From Bacteroidia bacterium (GTDB lineage Bacteria > Bacteroidota > Bacteroidia > UKL13-3), in contig JALONK010000013.1 in the NCBI GenBank assembly GCA_025454975.1, positions 994 to 64,993 on the forward strand: a stretch of 64,000 bases of DNA. The letters run 5' to 3'. The position numbers were made by a program, and so were the translations under genes. Of the stretch, positions 58,498-64,000 are shown piece after piece (position 1 is the stretch's first letter; each line of letters starts with the position of its first letter). The notes below the pieces were generated by a model that did not search any database, had not been told where the DNA came from, and saw only the letters and a program-made list of their open reading frames with translations.

Positions 58498-60522
58498 ATG
58501 ATTAAACGCTTACCGAGCATAAAAAAACTACTTATAACACTGGCAAAAATTGCCGGTGTTTTTTTCATATTGGGTATTGTTTCGTACTTCTCATTTAGAA
58601 ACCTCATCTTGCATAAAGTTATTGAGAAAATCTCTGAAAAATCAGCACGAGAGTTTGATGCAGTTTTTACAGTTAAGGAAGCTTCTTTTACGGGTATTAG
58701 CACGATTGAATTGCACCAAATAAGTTTAAAGCCTAAACAACATGATAGTTTATTGTATGTTAATAAACTAATTACAGGTGTTCAACCTTTATACGCATTA
58801 TTTTTAGACATCAGACTTAGCAAACTTGAACTTCATTCGGGTTATATAAATATCATCAATAACGATAATGGAAGCAACCTGAGTGGTTTTTTTAAGGGGA
58901 AAGACACAACGGTAAAAGCTCAAGAAAAGAATGGTGAGCAACAAAGTAACCTTGCAAAAAAGGGTTATCAACTCATCAGCAAAGTGCTAAACTTTATTCC
59001 TGACGACGTTCAACTACACAACGTAGCACTTCGTTTTCAAGACCAGAAACAGTTTGTGGTTTTTCAAATGCAACAATTTACCTTAACGGACAACCAGTTA
59101 AAATCTTCAATTCATGTAATGGAAGCAAAAGACAGCTTGAGTAATATATGCTTTATTCAAGATTGGTTGATAAAAGGATATGCAAATCCCGGAAAACGTA
59201 AAGCGGATGTTAGTTTTTTTAACACCGATACAGGAAAGGTATTATTGCCATACGTAAAAGAAAAGTTTAACTTAAGTACCGGTTTTGATAGTATCAGACT
59301 AAAGTTAGATGGGGTGGTGATTAATGATGGAGTACTTAATATTTCGGGACTGGCAAGTACGGTTAATTTTTTGGTAAGTCATCCTAAAATTTCCGGTAAA
59401 GAAGTTGTGGTTGAGCATGCCGAATTTAAATATGACTTCGTAATTGGTGCTAATTTTATTGGAATGGATAGCAGTTCGTGGTTTACACTCAATAAAATTA
59501 AAGTTCAACCATTTGCAAAATACCAACGAGGTCCGGATACAACAGTGCAGTTTTGTGTAGTAATTCCTAAAACTACCGCACAAGACTTTATTAGTTCATT
59601 ACCTGAAGGATTATTTAATCATTTTAAAGGAATGGAGGCCGAGGGGAGTTTTACCTATCGCTTGGATTTTCTTTACAATGAAAATCGCCCTAAAGATTTG
59701 GTTTTTGAAAGTTCGTTGCAAAAAGAAGGTTTACGGATTATAAAATATGGTGAAGCAAACTTAAGTAAACTTAATAGCGATTTTGTGTATCACCCAATAG
59801 AAAACGGACGACCACAACGGGCTATTGAAGTTAGTTATACAAGTCCAACCTTTGTTCCTCTTGATATGATTTCTCCATGGCTGAAGAAGTCGGTACTCAC
59901 TACAGAAGACCCATCATTCTTTTATCATAGAGGATTTATTGACGAGGCATTCAGACAATCTATAATTAAAAATATACGGAAGAAGAAATTTGCAAGAGGT
60001 GCCAGTACAATTAGTATGCAGCTAATTAAGAATGTTTTTTTAACGAGAGAAAAAACATTGTCGCGTAAATTGGAAGAAATACTATTGGTTTATATTTTAG
60101 AGAACAACCGCCTAAGTTCTAAGGAAAGAATGTTTGAAGTTTATTTAAACATTATCGAGTGGGGGCCTAATGTATATGGAATTGGAGAAGCTGCAAGGTT
60201 TTATTTCAACAAATCGGCAAACGAACTCACCTTAAGTGAAGCATTGTTTTTAGCAGTGATTATTCCTAGCCCAAAAAAGTTTATGTGGCGATTTGGAAAA
60301 GACGGCTATTTAAAAGATCATGTTGGTCGCCATTTTCATTCACTTGCAGGGTTGATGATAAGGCGTAATGTACTAAGCACCGAAGACACAATTGGACTTA
60401 ATCACCGTTTTCCAATCATTGGGCCGGCAAAATCTTTTATCAAAATTACAGCCGACACCTTACCAAATGACACCATTATCATTGATGAAAATGGATTAAT
60501 ATTATCCGGAGATGAGGAATAA
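58498..60522 (+). CDS. Membrane-anchored protein with C-terminal GT51 peptidoglycan glycosyltransferase (monofunctional transglycosylase) domain and a large N-terminal domain of unknown function
   Basis: 674 aa. N-terminal TM; GT51 motifs TEDPSFFYHRG, GASTISMQL, RKLEE. Confidence 0.75.
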   Translation: MIKRLPSIKKLLITLAKIAGVFFILGIVSYFSFRNLILHKVIEKISEKSAREFDAVFTVKEASFTGISTIELHQISLKPKQHDSLLYVNKLITGVQPLYALFLDIRLSKLELHSGYINIINNDNGSNLSGFFKGKDTTVKAQEKNGEQQSNLAKKGYQLISKVLNFIPDDVQLHNVALRFQDQKQFVVFQMQQFTLTDNQLKSSIHVMEAKDSLSNICFIQDWLIKGYANPGKRKADVSFFNTDTGKVLLPYVKEKFNLSTGFDSIRLKLDGVVINDGVLNISGLASTVNFLVSHPKISGKEVVVEHAEFKYDFVIGANFIGMDSSSWFTLNKIKVQPFAKYQRGPDTTVQFCVVIPKTTAQDFISSLPEGLFNHFKGMEAEGSFTYRLDFLYNENRPKDLVFESSLQKEGLRIIKYGEANLSKLNSDFVYHPIENGRPQRAIEVSYTSPTFVPLDMISPWLKKSVLTTEDPSFFYHRGFIDEAFRQSIIKNIRKKKFARGASTISMQLIKNVFLTREKTLSRKLEEILLVYILENNRLSSKERMFEVYLNIIEWGPNVYGIGEAARFYFNKSANELTLSEALFLAVIIPSPKKFMWRFGKDGYLKDHVGRHFHSLAGLMIRRNVLSTEDTIGLNHRFPIIGPAKSFIKITADTLPNDTIIIDENGLILSGDEE

Positions 60523-60525
60523 ATT

Positions 60526-62007
60526 ATGAAGATTTTTTCTGAGTACACACCCAAACAAAAGATTGTTATCTATAGTATCTTGGCGATTTTTGCTTTGGTG
60601 TATGCATCTATCTCTTTAATTAATCATTACAGCTTTAGAACATTTGCATACGATTTAGGAATTTATAATAACATGTTGTATTCCTATGCACACTTAAAGG
60701 CTAATTATACTTCTTTACAACAGCCGATGGTAAATCATGCCTTTGCTGATCATTTCGAACCAATATTCTTTCTTTTTGCACCACTGTATTATATTTTTGG
60801 TTCATATACTTTGTTGGTTATTCAAATTTTTTTCGTGCTATTCGGTGGTGTCGGAATTTTATATTTCACAAAATCACATAGCAATAATCAATATTTATCC
60901 ATAGCTGTACTCGTGCAGTTTTTTGCCATGTGGGGTGTTTATTCGGCCTTGGCTTTCGACTTTCACAACAACGTTACCGCGGCCATGCTGGTGCCATGGT
61001 TTTTAGTATTTGCTCATCAACAAAAATATAAGTTATTACTGTTGGTTTGGGCGCTAATGCTATTAACAAAAGAGAATATGGCATTGTATACCGTGTTTAT
61101 TTGTGCAGGTGCTGCATTACATTTTTTTAAAATCAAAAAACTTCGAAATATCTTAAGTGTACTTTCAGTTTGTGCAGCCATTTATTTTGTACTGATTGTG
61201 AAGGTTGTTATACCATTATTTCAAACTGAGGATGCCGGATATATTTACAATAGCATGTATAAAGTATTAGGCAATAATCCTCGTGAAATGTTAACTACAT
61301 TATTAACTAAGCCCGGCTATGTTTTTAACTTATTGTTTGAAAACCATATTGGCGATCAGTTTTACACAGGCATTAAATCTGAATTACACTTTTCAGTTTT
61401 ATGCAGTGGAGGAATATTTTTATTATATCGCCCACAGTTTTTAGTGATGCTTATTCCTATTTATCTACAAAAGCTATTAAATTCCGACGCTGCTCGTTGG
61501 GGAATAAATTATCACTACAGCATCGAATTTGTGCCGGTTATCACAGCTTGTACTGCCGTTTTTATTTCTGATTTAAATGTTAGAAGCTACTTCAAATTTA
61601 TATTAGCAATGGTTGTGGCAATTGTTACCGGATTTTATACCTACAATAAACTGAAAAGCCGTGTTTCCATCTGGTATGCACCCGAAAATGCACAGTTTTA
61701 TAATTTATCTCGATTAACAATGTTAAGTGAAGCAAGGGGAATTCACCACGACCTTTCCAAATTATTGAATGATCATATGGATTCGATTTCGGTGCAAAAT
61801 GCATTAGCACCGCATTTAGCAAACAGAAATTATATTGTGCTTTTTCCAAATACGAAACATACTAAGTATATAGTTGTAGCACCTAAAACTAATCCTTATC
61901 CATTAAAAGATGATTATTGGAATTGTATTGATACTTTGTTAAAAAGCAGTTACTGGCAACTTACCGACAGCACCCAAAATGTTCTAATTTTTAGAAGGAC
62001 GGAATGA
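60526..62007 (+). CDS. Multi-pass integral membrane protein (DUF2079-like?)
   Basis: 493 aa, about 10–12 TM helices. Confidence 0.4.
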   Translation: MKIFSEYTPKQKIVIYSILAIFALVYASISLINHYSFRTFAYDLGIYNNMLYSYAHLKANYTSLQQPMVNHAFADHFEPIFFLFAPLYYIFGSYTLLVIQIFFVLFGGVGILYFTKSHSNNQYLSIAVLVQFFAMWGVYSALAFDFHNNVTAAMLVPWFLVFAHQQKYKLLLLVWALMLLTKENMALYTVFICAGAALHFFKIKKLRNILSVLSVCAAIYFVLIVKVVIPLFQTEDAGYIYNSMYKVLGNNPREMLTTLLTKPGYVFNLLFENHIGDQFYTGIKSELHFSVLCSGGIFLLYRPQFLVMLIPIYLQKLLNSDAARWGINYHYSIEFVPVITACTAVFISDLNVRSYFKFILAMVVAIVTGFYTYNKLKSRVSIWYAPENAQFYNLSRLTMLSEARGIHHDLSKLLNDHMDSISVQNALAPHLANRNYIVLFPNTKHTKYIVVAPKTNPYPLKDDYWNCIDTLLKSSYWQLTDSTQNVLIFRRTE

Positions 62008-62155
62008 TTAAACATTGAGATTTTTTAGGGGTACTGTTGGGTCGTTTTTTTTAGTTTTTATCTGATCTATTAAATGCCGTATTGATTAAAGACTTATTTT
62101 TACATATCGGATGATTTAATTATTTATTTATTTTTATGATTTAAGAAGTAATCAT

Positions 62156-63301
62156 TTAGTTATTGTTATAAAACTTGTGAATAATACTGCATATATAATC
62201 AACATCTTCTTCAGTAAGTTCAAAGTACAATGGTAGTCTTAATAAGCAATCGCTGAAATAATCAGTATAAGGTAAAGTCCTTCCATCGTGTCGGTTTAAA
62301 TAATAGTTTGATGTATGCAATGAAAGGTAATGGAAAACGGCCATTACGCCGGCTTCTTTTAATGATTGAATAAGCCGTTGACGTTCTTCAACATGGTTAC
62401 ATATAATACAGGCAATATGAGCATTGCTTTCGGCGTAAGATGGTATTTCAGGAAATTTAATTTTGCCTTGAACTTGCAATGATTCAAGGTTTTTATGGTA
62501 TCTATTCCATAATACTTTTCTTTTCGCTTGAATTTCATCTATATTTTCTAATTGTGCAAATAAGAATGCAGCAATAATGTCTGAAGGCAAAAACGAACTT
62601 CCAACATCAACCCAGCCATATTTATCTACTTCACCTCTAAAAAAGGCTGAACGGTTTGTTCCTTTTTCTCGTATAATTTCAGCGCGTTTAATAAAACGTT
62701 CGTCGTTAATTACAAGCATACCTCCTTCGCCACTGATAATATTTTTTGTTTCATGAAACGAGAATGCGGCAAGATGTCCCAAGCTTCCAAGAGGTTTGCC
62801 TTGGTAATAGCTATCTATGGCCTGAGCAGCATCTTCAACAACAAACAAATCATACTTTTTTGCCAATGCAAGAATACTATCCATATCGCAGGCAACACCG
62901 GCATAATGAACCGGAACAATGGCTTTGGTTTTTGAGGTAATTAATGCTTCAATTTGTGTAACATCAATATTCGGATTGTTAAAATAGCTGTCGGCAAAAA
63001 CTATTTTGGCTCCTCGTAATACAAAAGCATTTGCAGTGGAAACAAAAGTATAAGAAGGCATAATAACCTCATCACCTTCTTTGATGTCTAATAAAATTGC
63101 TGCTAACTCTAAAGCATCAGTGCAGGAGGTTGTTAGCAAACATTTTTTAAATCCGTATTTGTTTTCAAAAAATTCATGGACGCGTTTGGTGAATATCCCG
63201 TCTCCTGAAATTTTTCCGGATAGTACGGCTTGATATATATAATGACTTTCCTTTCCGGTAAGATAAGGCTTATTAAAAGGAATGGATTGTTTTATTTCCA
63301 T
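62156..63301 (-). CDS. DegT/DnrJ/EryC1/StrS-family PLP-dependent sugar aminotransferase (WecE/ArnB-like)
   Basis: 381 aa; fold-type I aminotransferase of nucleotide-sugar type. Confidence 0.8.
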   Translation of the reverse strand: MEIKQSIPFNKPYLTGKESHYIYQAVLSGKISGDGIFTKRVHEFFENKYGFKKCLLTTSCTDALELAAILLDIKEGDEVIMPSYTFVSTANAFVLRGAKIVFADSYFNNPNIDVTQIEALITSKTKAIVPVHYAGVACDMDSILALAKKYDLFVVEDAAQAIDSYYQGKPLGSLGHLAAFSFHETKNIISGEGGMLVINDERFIKRAEIIREKGTNRSAFFRGEVDKYGWVDVGSSFLPSDIIAAFLFAQLENIDEIQAKRKVLWNRYHKNLESLQVQGKIKFPEIPSYAESNAHIACIICNHVEERQRLIQSLKEAGVMAVFHYLSLHTSNYYLNRHDGRTLPYTDYFSDCLLRLPLYFELTEEDVDYICSIIHKFYNNN

Positions 63302-63972
63302 AGGTGGTAAATATAAGAACGATTTAAAATGTTATAGTTATTCTTAATATAAAAATTCATTGCAGTCTTGTTTTCAAACTGTGTGTTTACAGTAATTTTT
63401 TCTATTCCCTGTTCAACAGCAAATGCATCTGCGGTTGCTAAAAGTTTTGTTCCAACTTGTAACCCTCTTTTTTGTTCATCTACTGCAATTAAACCTATAT
63501 CAGCCGAATTATTTTTTATTGATAAGGTAATAAATCCAGCCAAAAACCCTTCGTAGATGTAACCATAAACAACAGTTGAGGTATCATCAATAGCGTTGGT
63601 AATCCAAGTTGTATAGAGGCGTTCAAATTCATTGTTTTTAAAATGCGTATCAAGTTTAAATCTCGAATAAGCCCCGCTTTGTAACGCAAGTTTTATCAAC
63701 TGTTCGCTTAATGAATAGATACGAACGATGTGTTGGTTGATTATTGCGTTTGGATTAACCGATTTGCCTAATTGAACTTTAATATCTACCAATTGAATCG
63801 GGTTTTCTTTATTATCAACATCCAACAACTCTTTTTCGCTGAAAAGGTATATCAGTTTGTATTCATAAAGGTTCAGCATCTTTAAGTTTAATGATGTTTG
63901 TTGTCCAACATCAATTCGGCCAATCGGATAGCCAAAAAACCTACTGTCCCATTCAAGTTTATTTATAATCAT
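63292..63972 (-). CDS. GNAT-fold dTDP-fucosamine acetyltransferase-like protein (WecD-like)
   Basis: 226 aa. N-terminal LEWDSRFFGYPIGRI resembles WecD LTWENAFFGV; C-terminus ...YIYHLWK resembles WecD ...YWLYR. 10-nt overlap with the downstream aminotransferase, as in wecD-wecE. Confidence 0.55.
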   Translation of the reverse strand: MIINKLEWDSRFFGYPIGRIDVGQQTSLNLKMLNLYEYKLIYLFSEKELLDVDNKENPIQLVDIKVQLGKSVNPNAIINQHIVRIYSLSEQLIKLALQSGAYSRFKLDTHFKNNEFERLYTTWITNAIDDTSTVVYGYIYEGFLAGFITLSIKNNSADIGLIAVDEQKRGLQVGTKLLATADAFAVEQGIEKITVNTQFENKTAMNFYIKNNYNILNRSYIYHLWK

Positions 63973-64000
63973 TAAAATGTTTTTTTGTCAACGATATAAA

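Overview
The window is a 64-kb chromosomal segment that looks like a Bacteroidota genome (phylum call is an inference from the sequence). Evidence: AT-rich DNA, four proteins ending in type-A T9SS (Por) C-terminal sorting domains, an rpoN gene, a LytS/LytTR pair, and Bacteroidetes-style TTTG / TAnnTTTG promoter elements. Gene density is high on both strands.

Housekeeping genes are recognisable at both ends:
- asnS, rpoN, and a Cys-type selD next to tRNA 2-selenouridine synthase (selU/mnmH).
- NADP-malic enzyme maeB, pyrH, frr, a LOG-family protein, a ComA-like phosphosulfolactate synthase, and a GT51 monofunctional transglycosylase.
- A wecD/wecE-like sugar acetyltransferase/aminotransferase pair.

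The middle (about 7–51 kb) looks accessory:
- A secreted-protein gene interrupted by a single in-frame TAA, sitting in an operon with a beta-barrel outer-membrane protein.
- A 2587-aa giant T9SS cargo protein (SBBP propeller repeats, LamG-like domains, Cys-rich repeats), divergently placed from a LytS/LytTR two-component system.
- tRNA-Phe(GAA) followed by a hipB/hipA-like toxin–antitoxin pair.
- Three more T9SS cargo proteins: a BNR-repeat protein, an alpha/beta-hydrolase, and a 1277-aa PhoX-like multidomain protein.
- ComEC, and a CarH/LitR-like MerR regulator with a B12-binding domain.

The most unusual element is a co-directional four-gene cluster at 45.5–50.9 kb: an Ig-fold chaperone-like protein, two paralogous small secreted subunits, and a 972-aa outer-membrane protein. 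It resembles a chaperone–usher fibre-assembly system, which is atypical for this phylum.

One gene runs off the left edge and is missing from the ORF track: 1..874 on the minus strand, an Omp85-like outer-membrane protein. No CRISPR array, rRNA, or obvious transposase was seen.
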